Source of the DNA: an uncultured delta proteobacterium
GTDB lineage: Bacteria; Myxococcota; Myxococcia; Myxococcales; Anaeromyxobacteraceae
Assembly (NCBI GenBank): GCA_963845515.1
Contig: CAWJSR010000049.1
Coordinates: 64,001-128,000 of the forward strand
Length of the DNA stretch: 64,000 bases
Reading direction: 5' to 3'
In this document: positions 11,251-21,535 of the stretch, one piece after another
How positions within the stretch are numbered: position 1 is the stretch's first letter
Layout of the letters: every line of letters starts with the position of its first letter
Notes under the pieces: model-generated
The model's input: only the letters and a program-made list of their open reading frames with translations
Database searches by the model: none
Told to the model about the DNA's origin: nothing
Made by a program: the position numbers and the translations under genes

Positions 11251-11976
11251 ATGGGTCCCCCGCCGTCGATCCGCACGCCTCGCGTAGAGGTCCGCCGCAC
11301 GGCGCGCGGGCTGGAGCTGCGCGTGGACGGGACGCTCGCCTCGAGCCACCTCTCGGGGGGGGAGGGGACCGGGCCGGTCTGGGACGCGCTCGCGCTGCCG
11401 GTCCTCGCCCTGCCCCCGGCGCGCCGCCGCGCCGTCCTGCTCCTGGGGCTCGGCGGCGGCAGCGTGGCACGGGTCCTCAGGGCGCTCGCGCCGGAGGCCC
11501 GGATCGTGGGCGTGGAGATCGATCCCGGCGTGGTCGCTGCGGCACGCGCCCACCTCGGCCTCGACGCGCTGGGGGTCGAGGTCGTGGTCGGCGACGCGAT
11601 CGCGGCGCTGGGGGCAGGGCGAAGCCGCTTCGATCTCATCGTCGAGGACGTCTTCGTCGGCCCCGTCCGCACGGTGCGCAAGCCGTCGGGGTTCCCCGAG
11701 CCGCTGCTCGGGCTCGCGCGCCGCCGCCTGGCTCCCGGCGGGCTGATCGTCTGCAACACCATCCACGAGGGGCCGCAGGTGGCCGCAGCGCTCCGCGCCC
11801 ACGCCCCCAGCCTGCTGGCGATACACGTGCGCGGCCACTACAACCGGATCCTCGTCGCCGGCTCGCGGCTCGACGCGGCCGCGCTGCGCCGCGCGGCGGC
11901 GCGGGAGCGCGTCCTCGCGGGGAGCCTCCCGGAGCTGTCGATACGGCGCGCCACCTTCGGGGCCGGACGCGCGTGA
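11251..11976 (+). CDS. SAM-dependent methyltransferase (spermidine-synthase-like)
   Basis: VLLLGLGGGS motif I, VEIDP, VVGDA, FDLIVEDVF, LAPGG. Confidence 0.85.
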   Translation: MGPPPSIRTPRVEVRRTARGLELRVDGTLASSHLSGGEGTGPVWDALALPVLALPPARRRAVLLLGLGGGSVARVLRALAPEARIVGVEIDPGVVAAARAHLGLDALGVEVVVGDAIAALGAGRSRFDLIVEDVFVGPVRTVRKPSGFPEPLLGLARRRLAPGGLIVCNTIHEGPQVAAALRAHAPSLLAIHVRGHYNRILVAGSRLDAAALRRAAARERVLAGSLPELSIRRATFGAGRA

Positions 11977-13737
11977 GCGCGCCGTTCCGGGCTCGCGTCG
12001 ACTTCCCGGGGCTCGGTCCCCTCGCCTTCGAGCGCCCCGTCCGCGTGCTCGCGGCGCACGCTCCCGGCGAGGTCCGGCCGGTCCTCGACGAGGTCGAGCG
12101 GGCCGCGCGTGCGGGGTCGTGGGCCGTAGGGCACGTGGCCTACGAGGCGGCGCCGGCCTTCGACTCCGCGCTCCGGACGCGCGTCCCGCAGCCAGGTCCG
12201 CTCGCCCTCTTCGGCCTCTTCGACCGCCCCTCGCCCGGCATCGAGCCCCTCGCGGGGAGCGCTCGGTCGGCTCATCCCCGAGATCGACCAGGAGGAGCAC
12301 GCGCGCGGCGTCGCGGCCATCAGGGAGACGCTTGCGGCCGGCGGCGCGTACCAGGTCAACCTCACCTTCCGGCTGCGCGGCCGCTTCGAGGGCGATCCAT
12401 TCGGCCTCTACGAGCGGCTCCTTCGTGGCCAGGGAGAGTGCCACGGCGCGTGCGTCGTTGCCGGGGAGCGGGCGGTGGTCTCGGCTTCGCCGGAGCTCTT
12501 CTTCGAGCGGCGAGGGGATCGCGTCCTGGTGCGGCCGATGAAGGGGACCCGCCGCCGCGGTCGCTTTCCCGAGGAGGACGCGGAGATCGGCGACGAGCTT
12601 GCGCGCTCCGAGAAGGATCGGGCCGAGAACGTGATGATCGTCGACCTGCTGCGCAACGACCTCGGGCGCGTGGCCGTGCCCGGAACCGTCCGCGCGACGA
12701 ACCTCTTCCAGGTCGAGCGGTACCGGACCGTCCACCAGCTCGTGTCCACGGTGGAGGCGCGGCTCGCGCCCGGCACCGGGCTGGCGCCGCTCCTCGGGGC
12801 GCTCTTCCCGTGCGGGTCGGTCACCGGCGCCCCGAAGGTGTGCGCGACCGCCATCATCGCCGCGCTGGAGCGCAGCCCGCGCGGCGCCTACTGCGGGGCG
12901 ATGGGCGTCGTCCTCCCGGGAGGAGACTCCTCCTTCAGCGTGGCCATCCGCACCGTCGAGATCGAGCTCACCACGGGCGAGGCAGCCTGCGGCGTGGGCG
13001 GGGGGATCACCTGGGGCTCCGACGCCGGCGAGGAGTGGCGGGAGGCGCTCGCCAAGGCGGCCTTCCTCGAGGAGGAGGACGTAGGGCTCGTCGAGACGCT
13101 GCGGCTGGAGCGCGGCGTGTACCCGCTGCTGGAGCGCCACCTCGCGCGGCTCGCTGAGTCTGCGCGTCACCTGGGGCTGGCCGTGGACCCCGCGGAGGCG
13201 CGCCGGGCGCTGCTGCGCCACGCCGAGGAGGCCGGGGCCGAGCCGCAGCGGGTGCGGCTCGTGGCGCGCGCCGGGTCGCTGGACGTCGCCGGAGAGCCGA
13301 TGCCGGTGGCCGCAGCGTATCCGCTCACCGTGGCGCTGGCACGCCGCCCCGTGTCGCGCATGGACCTGCGCCTGTTCCACAAGACGACGCAGCGCGAGCC
13401 CTACGACCTGCGCCGGGCCGAGGTGCCGGGCGTCTTCGACGTCATCCTGTGGAACGAAGAGGGCGAGCTGACGGAGCTCACCATCGGAAACCTGGTCGCC
13501 GAGATCGACGGCGCCCGGCTCACCCCGCCGCGCGGGTGCGGCCTGCTGGCGGGGGTGATGCGCGCGGAGCTGCTGGGCAGGGGAGAGGTGAAGGAGGCGA
13601 CCCTGCGCGTCGAGGACCTCGCGCGGGCGACGCGGCTCTGGCTCGTCAACGCCGTGCGCGGGTGGGTGCCGGTGCGCCTCGCAGGGGGCAGCGGCCAGCG
13701 CGGGCTAACTCGCGGACCTGGCCGTCGATGCCGATGA
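11973..13737 (+). CDS. pabB: Aminodeoxychorismate synthase component I fused to ADC lyase/class IV aminotransferase; frameshift near 12270
   Basis: GHVAYEAAPAFD, YQVNLT, SASPELFF, PMKGT, KDRAENVMIVDLLRNDL, LFPCGSVTGAPK, then LERHLARL, FHKTT, ELTELTIGN, GLLAGVMR. Confidence 0.88.
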
Positions 13738-14491
13738 TCACGTCGCGGAACGGAACGTCCCGGCCTGACGCCGTGACGGCCTCTCGCGCGAGCCGCGCGA
13801 GGCCGCCGCAGCAGGGGACCTCCATCCGCACGACGGTGACGCTCTTCACGCCGCCGAGCGCGACGATGCCTGCGAGCTTCTCGGCGTAGGGCCCGACGTC
13901 ATCGAGCTTGGGACAGGCGATCACCAGCGCGCGACCGTCGAGGAAGTCGTCGTGGAAGCGGGCGAAGGCGCACGGGACGCAGTCGGCCGCCACCAGCAGG
14001 TCGGCGCCCTGGAACCACGGCGCGCGGACCGAGACCAGGTGGAGCTGGACGGGCCACTGACCGAGCTTGCTCTGGCCCGAGGACGGTCCGCCGCTGGCCC
14101 CACCTGGCGACGGGGCTCGCGGCAGCGCGACCGGCCGGGAGCCCGGGCAGCCGCCGCCTGCCGCAGCGCCCTGCCCGCCGGTCAGCACCGAGAGGCGCGG
14201 CCGTGCCTGCGCGGCCGGTGCCGCCTCTGCCGGCGTGCGCGGGCGCAGCGCGCCGCTCACCAGGTGGCCTTGACGGCCCCTTCGTCGAAGGGGGCCGCCT
14301 CGCGCTCGACCACCGCGATCGCGCCCCGTGGGCACTCGCCGAGGCAGGCGCCCAGCCCGTCGCAGAGCACGTCGCCGACCAGCCTGCGCCTTCCCGTCGA
14401 CGATGGCGATCGCCCCCTCTGCGCAGGAGGGGACACACTGCCCGCAACCATCGCACTTCGCCTCGTCTATCTGGACGATCTTTCGGAGCAT
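13646..14491 (-). CDS. 4Fe-4S dicluster iron-sulfur protein (type often linked to hcp); two compensating frameshifts near 14388 and 14265; 3' end uncertain
   Basis: [32 protein letters not shown] (in ORF 14257..14451), [33 protein letters not shown]. Confidence 0.85.
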   Translation of the reverse strand: MLRKIVQIDEAKCDGCGQCVPSCAEGAIAIVDGKAQAGRRRALRRAGRLPRRVPTGRDRGGRARGGPLRRRGRQGHLVSGALRPRTPAEAAPAAQARPRLSVLTGGQGAAAGGGCPGSRPVALPRAPSPGGASGGPSSGQSKLGQWPVQLHLVSVRAPWFQGADLLVAADCVPCAFARFHDDFLDGRALVIACPKLDDVGPYAEKLAGIVALGGVKSVTVVRMEVPCCGGLARLAREAVTASGRDVPFRDVIIGIDGQVRELARAGRCPLRGAPAPTRARR

Positions 14492-14635
14492 GAACGAGAA
14501 TGCATAGCGGGGCGCGCGCCCCGGATCGAGCCAATCTGCGAGGAAGCGTCCGCTTGCCGCCTCACGCGGACCCCGATCGGTCGTTTAGCCGTGCTATTCC
14601 ACTGGCGGTCGGTCCGAAGCCCGGAGGAACCAGAG

Positions 14636-16181
14636 ATGAGAGTCGCCACCCTCGCAGCCGCATCGCTCCTCGCCGCCTGTGCGGGGCCAGGGGGGCCGGC
14701 GTCGACGCTCAAGTCCGAGGTGGACCCCGCCGAGCTGGCAGCCCGCTGCGGGCGCGGGTACTCGACCGCCTGCCGCGAGCTCGGCCGCGCGCACTTCCTC
14801 GGCACCGGCGTCGAGCGGGACGATCGGCTGGGCGCGGCGCTCCTGACCAAGGCCTGCGAGATCGGCGACCCGGGCGGCTGCGGCGAGCTGGCGGTCCTCT
14901 ACGCCGTCGGGCGCGGACTGCGCCAGAGCGACGAGCGGTCGACCGCCCTCTCGCGCCGCGCGTGCGATCAGGGCTTCGCGCTCGCCTGCTCCAACCTCGG
15001 GGCGCTCATCGCCGAGGGGGCGGCCGACGCGAACCTGCGTCCAGACGAGGAGGCCGCTGGGCCCGGGAGCCGGATCATGAGGTCCTTCAAGACCGCCTGC
15101 GACTCCGGCGCGGCCGAAGGGTGCCTCAACCTCGGCGCGGAGTACGACAGCGGCAAGCACGCAGAGCGCGATCTCGCCGCGGCCGCCCGGCATTACCGCC
15201 GCGCCTGCGACCTGGGCCAGCCCGTCGCCTGCTACCGGCTCTCGCTCCTCGTCGAGGAGAAGCCGGCGCTCATGCCCGACCTGGCGGCGGCGATCCTCGC
15301 CCGGCGCGCCTGCAGCGGCGGGGTGCGCCCCGCCTGCGACACGGCCGGCGAGTCGGCCCCCGCGGGCGCCCCCGCGCCGGCCGACAGGCTGGTCGTCGTC
15401 CGCGAGAGCTTCGCGCTCGGGCTTCCCGGGCTCGGGCGGCTTCCACCCCTCGGAGCTCTCCGCGCGGTCGCGCGGCCGCCCCACGTTCGTCGCTCGACAC
15501 GGCCTCGCGCCCGACCGCGTCGGTGAAGATGGCGACGCCACCCGGCGTGCGCACGCGGCTTGGCTTCGACGTCGAGCCTCGCGCGGCCGACGAGGCCGAT
15601 CCGGCGGTGGAGCTCCTGCTCGCCCTGCGGCGGCAGCAGCTGGGCCAGTGCTACGAGCAGGCGCGCACCGACGCAGGCGTCCGGACGGAGCTCTTCGTCG
15701 CGTTCACCATCGACGCCGACGGGAAGCCGGCGCGGAGCCGCGCCGCGGCCGAGCCGACCGATCCGCTGCTGGAGGCCTGCGGGATCGACCTCGTCGCGAG
15801 CTGGGAGTTCCCGGTGCCGAAGGAGGGCGTGTCGGGCCCGTTCCTCGTCCGGTACGCCTTCGAGCCGGCGCCGCCGGGCCCCCGCCCGCGTTCGCCGGGC
15901 GAGGCTTCCTCCGTCCCGCCGCGCGCGCCGCCGGCTGCGTCGAGTCGAAGCTCCAGGTGCCGCTCGACTACCGCGGCACCGTCGGCGCACTGACCGTGAA
16001 GTTCGCCGTCGACGGGTCCGGCGCGCCGGTGCTCTATCACCCGCTCACGCCGGCGCCCGACTCGATCGTCGCCGCCGTCGGGGAGGCGATCCGGCGCTGC
16101 GAGTGGTCGCCCGGCGCCGACGCGAACGGCCGGAGCGTCCCGCTCTGGCTGACCCTCGCCGTCAGGCTGGAGGGGAAGTAG
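14636..16181 (+). CDS. Sel1-like repeat lipoprotein with two C-terminal TonB_C/AgmX-like domains; frameshifts near 15430 and 15885
   Basis: LAAC lipobox; Cys-paired Sel1 repeats (KACEIGDPGGCGELAVLY, RACDQGFALACSNLG); QLGQCYE...VAFTIDADG...WEFPVP and VKFAVDGSG...CEWSPGADANG segments in other frames. Confidence 0.75.
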
Positions 16182-16263
16182 CGAACTCCGGCCGAAAACT
16201 GGAGGGGCCCCGTGTCCCGCGTTAGGAATCGACCGATATCGATCGGTTCCCGGAGGCGCGGGC

Positions 16264-17274
16264 GTGGGTGCGACGGCAGTCGTCCAGCAGGTCACCTGGG
16301 AAGAGGCGCTCCGCGCCGGGCGAGTCTTGTTCGGCACGAGCGCGGATGCGCTCCTGGCGGGCGCCGGCTGGCGTGACGAGCTGAAGCGCGCCTACAAGCG
16401 GCGCGTCCTGGAGACCCACCCCGACCGCGCGCAGACGCTGGGCAGGGCGGAGACGGAGCTGGCGCGCGAGTTCCAGGCCGTGGCAGACGCCTACCGGCTG
16501 CTCCAGGAAGCCCCCGACGGCAGCGGCTGGGTGCGCGCCCGGCAGCCGCCTCCGGCAGCCTGGCGCCCGGCGCCGAAGGGCGGCGCCGCCGCCGAGGCGG
16601 CCCGGGCGGCGCGCCGCGAGGCCGAGGCACGGCGCGCCGAGCGCGCGCGGCAGGCCGAGCAGGCGGCGAAGCGCCGCGAGGAGGAGCAGCGGGCTCGCTC
16701 CGGTCGTCGCGCCGAGCAGGCGCGGCGCGACGAGGAGGAGGCCCGGCTGGCCGAGGCCGTGCGAAGCGCGGCGCAAGCGAGGCGCGCGGAGGAGGGCGCG
16801 CGGGCGGCCCGCGAGGCGCGCGCGCGGCGCCCGCGGACCGCTGAGCCGGCGCCCGACTGGCGCCACGTCACGAAGGCGCGCCCGCTCCCTCGACGGCGGG
16901 TGCGCCTCGCCGAGTTCCTCTACTACAGCGGCCGGATCTCCTGGGCGGTGATGGTCGAGGCCATCACCTGGCAGCGGCTCCAGCGTCCCGCCGTCGGGCG
17001 CATCGCCGTCGACTTCGGCTTCCTGACGCCGCTCGAGGTGGCCAAGGTCATCGAGCGCCGCTGGCGCGCCGGCGCGGCCGGCGTCCCCTTCGGCGAGTAC
17101 GCGCTGCGCATCGGCGCGATCACGCCGTTCGAGCGGCTCGCGATGATCGGGCGCCAGACTCGGCTGCAGCGCCCCATCGGCCAGTTCTTCGTGGAGCGCG
17201 GCCTGATCGGGGAAGAGGAGTTCGAGGACCTGCGGCGCCAGATCGTGCGCCACAACCTGCGCCACTACGTGTGA
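16264..17274 (+). CDS. J-domain (DnaJ-like) protein with charged helical linker and four MshEN-like repeats
   Basis: ELKRAYKRRVLETHPDR...FQAVADAYRLL (HPD); C-terminal 24-residue repeats such as RLAEFLYYSGRISWAVMVEAITWQ. Confidence 0.82.
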   Translation: MGATAVVQQVTWEEALRAGRVLFGTSADALLAGAGWRDELKRAYKRRVLETHPDRAQTLGRAETELAREFQAVADAYRLLQEAPDGSGWVRARQPPPAAWRPAPKGGAAAEAARAARREAEARRAERARQAEQAAKRREEEQRARSGRRAEQARRDEEEARLAEAVRSAAQARRAEEGARAAREARARRPRTAEPAPDWRHVTKARPLPRRRVRLAEFLYYSGRISWAVMVEAITWQRLQRPAVGRIAVDFGFLTPLEVAKVIERRWRAGAAGVPFGEYALRIGAITPFERLAMIGRQTRLQRPIGQFFVERGLIGEEEFEDLRRQIVRHNLRHYV

Positions 17275-17440
17275 TCCGTCCCCCGGATGGCCCGCGCCGC
17301 GGCTGGGGCAGGGTGGCCTTCTCGGTGGCGCCCCTTCTGGTGCGTGAAGCGCCTACCCCTCCCGCATAAGCAGTCATTTGAATGGGCATTTGCGGGAGCA
17401 GACCCGATTAGGTATTCAGGAAGTCTGCGAGGGTGGGCAA

Positions 17441-17719
17441 ATGAACCAGCGCTGGATCCAGAACAGCAGGAACGGTGTCGCCCGCATCGAGCCGCGCCTG
17501 GCGAGGTTCGACGCATTCGATCGCTTCCTGTTCGTCACCCCCGTGATGTTCACGTCGTTCGCCTTCTTCCTGGCGGGATCGATGCCGGTCGAGGTGCTGA
17601 TCGGCGTCGTCTCGAGCTGCGTCATCGGTGACGCCCTGATCGCGCTCAAGTACGCCCTCCGCGTGCAGCCGCACCCTCCCGCGAAGGTCACCGACCTCGC
17701 GGCGCTGCGGTTCCGCTAG
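17441..17719 (+). CDS. Small hypothetical membrane protein
   Basis: MNQRWIQNSRNG..., two hydrophobic segments; purine-rich RBS-like sequence upstream. Confidence 0.6.
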   Translation: MNQRWIQNSRNGVARIEPRLARFDAFDRFLFVTPVMFTSFAFFLAGSMPVEVLIGVVSSCVIGDALIALKYALRVQPHPPAKVTDLAALRFR

Positions 17720-18473
17720 CCTCTCGGGAGGCTCGCCGCGCGGCCGGTCGACGAACGGGCCGGCTGCGCCGCCCCTCGAGCCAGCGCCAGGCGGCCCACG
17801 CCGGCGCGCCCAGCCAGAGCAGCCAGCCTGCCGTTGCGATCGCCCCGCCGATCCCGCGGCAGCTGTCGCGCAGTCCCAGCATCCCGAGCATGTTCCACCA
17901 GTCGTGTGAGTCCTCGTCCGGCGCAAGCAGCGGGAGCACGCGCGCCGAGGCGTCGGCCGCGTAGGCGCCGATGTTCACCAGGTTGAAGCCGATCCAGAGG
18001 ATCGCCACCGCGAAGGGGGCCGCCCGGCGTGCTCGCGCGAAGGCGAGCGCCGCGGCCACCGGGAAGGCGAGCTGACCGAGCGTTCCTCCGAGGAACATCA
18101 GGAAGCGCGAGCCGAAGAGGCCGAAGATGGGGTGGCCCGCCTCGTGGAAGACGAGATCCGCACCCGAGACCACCGCGGCGAGGAAGCCGCGCGTCGCCTG
18201 AGACCACGCGAGGACGCCGGCGAAGATGGCCAGGGCCGCCACCTCCCAGCCCTCGGCCGCCGGGAAGATCCTGGACTCGCCCGGCGCCGGCGAAGGGGTC
18301 GGCGGCTCGCCGTCCGGCGCGCGCTCCAGGGCGACGAGCAGCCCGTCGGCCACGAGGTCGGTGCCGCAGCGCGGGCAGTGGTGGGGCAGCTGGGCCGGCG
18401 CGTGCTCCGCAGCCAGCTCGCGCGCGAGCCCACACGCCGGGCACGAGATTGAGACCGGCGCGCAGTCGTCCAT
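17688..18473 (-). CDS. Zinc-ribbon plus membrane domain with HExxH motif (M50-like)
   Basis: CPAC...CPRC N-terminus; LVFHEAGH, GGTLGQL, YAADA, HDWWNML in a multi-TM context. 3' end overlaps the opposite gene and is uncertain. Confidence 0.72.
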   Translation of the reverse strand: MDDCAPVSISCPACGLARELAAEHAPAQLPHHCPRCGTDLVADGLLVALERAPDGEPPTPSPAPGESRIFPAAEGWEVAALAIFAGVLAWSQATRGFLAAVVSGADLVFHEAGHPIFGLFGSRFLMFLGGTLGQLAFPVAAALAFARARRAAPFAVAILWIGFNLVNIGAYAADASARVLPLLAPDEDSHDWWNMLGMLGLRDSCRGIGGAIATAGWLLWLGAPAWAAWRWLEGRRSRPVRRPAARRASREASGTAAPRGR

Positions 18474-18477
18474 CAGG

Positions 18478-19689
18478 TCACGGCCGGATCGTCCGAGGGA
18501 TCGTCAGCTCGAAGGTCGTGCCGGCCTCCCGGGTCGACGTGAAGCCGATCCTGCCGCGGAGGACCTTCTCGCCGAAGTGCTTCACGACGAAGGTTCCCTG
18601 GCCGCGCCCCTCGTTCCCCTTCGTGGAGAAGTACCGCTGGAAGATGCGCGGGGCGATCCCCGCCGGGATGACGCCCGCGTTCCAGACACGGAACGAGATC
18701 TCCCGCAGCCCCGCCACCACCGAGAGCTCGACCTCGGCGCCCTCCGAGGAGGCCTCGAACGCGTTGACGAGCATGTTGGTCACGACGCGCTGAAGCAGGA
18801 ACGGGTCGGTCTCGACCACGACGCCGCCGGCGTTTCCCGTGACCCGCAGCCGCTTCCGCCTCGCCACCGGGTGGTGGTGGAAGAGGCTGCCCAGCCCCTC
18901 GAGGATTCCCTCGAGCGGCACCCGGGCGATCGCCGGGTCGTAGCCGGAGGGGCGCGCAGCCATGAGGGCGCGCTGCAGCTTCAGCTCCTGGACGATGTGG
19001 GTGGCGACCTCCCGGGCGTCGGCCGCGGCGACCGTGATCTCGGCGGGGCTGGCACCGTCCATCGCGTCGCAGGCGCCGACGACGCCGAGGAGCAGGTTCG
19101 AGAGATCGTGGAAGAAGGCCCGCTCTAGCGCGGTCCGCCTCCGCTCGACCGAGACGTCGGCGAGCGACAGCAGGATGAACCGCTCCGGGGGGACCTCCAG
19201 CGCCTGGGCACGCACGCGGAACTCCGAGTCGATCAGCTCGCCATCCCGGTTCACGGTGAACGCGCAGTCGCGCTCCTCCGGCCCGCCCTTCTCCATGGCC
19301 GAGAGGATGGAGACGGCCGCGCCGCACGTCCTGCACGCCGGGCCGGTGCCGCAGCCGCCGGGAAGGTGCTCCTTCGCATGGACGCAGCGGACCGCCTCGC
19401 CCGGGCGGAGGCCGAGGATCGCCCCGGGCTCCTCGACGCCCAGGAGCGCCAGGTAGGTCGCGTTGAGCGCCACCACCTGCCGGCGCGAGTTCAGCACGGC
19501 GATCGCCCCCGTCCAGGTCTTCAGGATCGCGTCGACGAGCGGGCTGGACGACGCCAGGGCGATCTGCGACGCGAGCTGGTCGCTGGACGCCCGCTCGGGC
19601 TCCAGGAACCAGGTGCGCTTCGGCTCGGGGAGGGCATCCAGCTCCTGCTCCAGCGCCCGGATCCGCTCGGCAAGGCTGTCGTCCGTCAC
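18478..19689 (-). CDS. Cytoplasmic sensor histidine kinase with Cys-rich PAS-like input
   Basis: FFHDLSN H-box, NMLVNAFEA N-box, IFQRYFSTKGNEGRGQGT; RPGEAVRCVHA...GCGTGPACRTCG. Start approximate. Confidence 0.85.
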   Translation of the reverse strand: MTDDSLAERIRALEQELDALPEPKRTWFLEPERASSDQLASQIALASSSPLVDAILKTWTGAIAVLNSRRQVVALNATYLALLGVEEPGAILGLRPGEAVRCVHAKEHLPGGCGTGPACRTCGAAVSILSAMEKGGPEERDCAFTVNRDGELIDSEFRVRAQALEVPPERFILLSLADVSVERRRTALERAFFHDLSNLLLGVVGACDAMDGASPAEITVAAADAREVATHIVQELKLQRALMAARPSGYDPAIARVPLEGILEGLGSLFHHHPVARRKRLRVTGNAGGVVVETDPFLLQRVVTNMLVNAFEASSEGAEVELSVVAGLREISFRVWNAGVIPAGIAPRIFQRYFSTKGNEGRGQGTFVVKHFGEKVLRGRIGFTSTREAGTTFELTIPRTIRP

Positions 19690-19776
19690 CGTGGCTACCC
19701 CCGCGACCCGCTGTCCCCCGCGTCGGCGGGAGCGCACACCTCCCATACTCTGGCGCATCGCCGCGCGCAGTGCACG

Positions 19777-21420
19777 CTACCCGTGCCCCTCGCCCGGCTC
19801 CGTGATCCAGCGCGCCGCGATGAAGAGCGCGCCCATCGCCGCGTAGCCGGCTGCCCACGGCCAGGCAGGCCCCAGCCGGATCGCGGTGTCCCCGGCCGTG
19901 TACGTGTACGCGTGCATCAGCCCGGCCGCCGAGAGGCCAGCGCCCGCGAGCATCCACGCGCCTGCGCGTGCGAACCGCTTCTCGATGATGGCCACCGTCG
20001 CCGCCGCCAGGATCATCGACGTGAAGATGAAGCCCTGCTCCAGCGCGAAGGCCCCCTCGATCCAGGTGTCGCTCGCGGCGAACCTGGCGACGAGGTCTGG
20101 ACCGAAGGGCGGCCCGCCCGGTCCCGCCGACTCCTGCCGCGCGCAGCCCGTTCTTCGCCATGAGCGCGCCCCAGGCGCCGATCGCCGGGAAGCAGGCCGA
20201 CCACGACGGCCGGCGCGTGCTCGCGCGGCGTCGCCTGGAACGCCTGGGCGCTGATCACGATGCCGATCCAGAGGACGATCGCCATGCCGGCGTCGACGGG
20301 GACGGCCCAGGCGATGAGCGCGAGCGTCCCGGTGAGCGCGACGATCGTGACGAACGCGCCGTTGAGGATCGAGTAGCCGGCGCGCGCGCCGAGCGCCTTC
20401 CAGCCGGGGTGGCCGATGTAGATGGTCGTCGGGAAGCAGGAGCCGAAGAGGGCCGCCGCGAGCGTCCCGACGCCGTTCACGAGCAGCGACGGGCGCGTCT
20501 CGTAGGGATCGCCCGCGGCCTCGGCCGACTCGATGTTCTGGAGCGAGCCGATGACGTTGAAGAGCCCCATCGGGAGGATGACCGAGAGGTAGGTCGCGAG
20601 GAGATCGCCGCGCAGCGACGCGAGGACCGCGCCGAGGGCGGGGACGGGCAGCGCGAGGCCGGTCCACTCCGGGCGCGGCCCGGCAGGCGCGATGCCCGGT
20701 GACCCACGCCAGCAGCGTCCCGAGCGCGACGGCGACGAGCCCGCCGGGGAGGCGCCCCCTGAACCGGACGCGGCCGAAGTAGGTGAGCATCACGACGCCC
20801 AGCGTCGCGAGGCCGACGACCGGGCGCGCGAAGGTCCGGAAGAGGAAGCCGAGCGAGATGAAGCCCAGGGCGATGCCGGCGAGCGTCGAGAGGAGCGCAG
20901 CGCGCGGCGTGGCCTTGCGGACCCGCTCGGCCACGAAGGCTCCCGCGCTCTCGATGAGCCCCGAGCCGATGCAGGCGAGCAACCCCGCGTGCCACGCGAC
21001 GGTCGCCGGGTCCGCGTGGCCGGCGGCCTGGGCGGCGAGCTTCGCCGGGAGCATCACGAGGAAGACGTGGGCGAAGAGCGAGACGGTGTTGATGCCGTAC
21101 GGGAGCGCGCAGACGTCCGTCCTCCCGGTGCGCGCAGCGAGCCGCTTCGCCTGCCACGCGTAGAAGAGGTTGCCGACCAGGATCGACACGGCGGCGCCGG
21201 GCAGGACCCGGCCGTGGACGAGCGCCGCGGGGAAGCCGAGGACGAAGCGGCAGAGCGCGTCGATCAGCAGGAGCTGGACGAGGTTGTCGATGGCGAGCCC
21301 GAAGAAGCCGTCGACGTCGCCGCGGACGAGCCAGGGGAGCACCGCCCTCTCCCCCGCCCCCGCGGGGGAGAGGGAAGGGTGAGGGGGAGGCATGGCGGGT
21401 GACTTGGGTGCGCTCTCCAT
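19777..21420 (-). CDS. NCS2/AzgA-like nucleobase permease; compensating frameshifts near 20690 and 20185
   Basis: [79 protein letters not shown]. Confidence 0.85.
   Translation of the reverse strand: MESAPKSPAMPPPHPSLSPAGAGERAVLPWLVRGDVDGFFGLAIDNLVQLLLIDALCRFVLGFPAALVHGRVLPGAAVSILVGNLFYAWQAKRLAARTGRTDVCALPYGINTVSLFAHVFLVMLPAKLAAQAAGHADPATVAWHAGLLACIGSGLIESAGAFVAERVRKATPRAALLSTLAGIALGFISLGFLFRTFARPVVGLATLGVVMLTYFGRVRFRGRLPGGLVAVALGTLLAWVTGHRACRAAPGVDRPRAARPRPRRGPRVAARRSPRDLPLGHPPDGALQRHRLAPEHRVGRGRGRSLRDAPVAARERRRDARGGPLRLLLPDDHLHRPPRLEGARRARRLLDPQRRVRHDRRAHRDARAHRLGRPRRRRHGDRPLDRHRDQRPGVPGDAARARAGRRGRPASRRSAPGARSWRRTGCARQESAGPGGPPFGPDLVARFAASDTWIEGAFALEQGFIFTSMILAAATVAIIEKRFARAGAWMLAGAGLSAAGLMHAYTYTAGDTAIRLGPAWPWAAGYAAMGALFIAARWITEPGEGHG
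21345..21387 (-). repeat. BoxC/REP-like palindromic element, copy 1 (within the permease 5' coding region)
   Basis: CCCCTCACCCTT-CCCTCTCCCCCGC-GGGG-GCGGGGGAGAGGG on the minus strand. Confidence 0.75.
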
Positions 21421-21535
21421 GGAGGGTCTCCAGGCTGCGGCGGTGGGTCGCCCATCGTAGCGCGGCGCGGGGGCCGGCCGGGCCCGTTTCGGGGCCGCGC
21501 CTGGCGGCCTCACCTGCGGTTACACTCCTCCCGCC

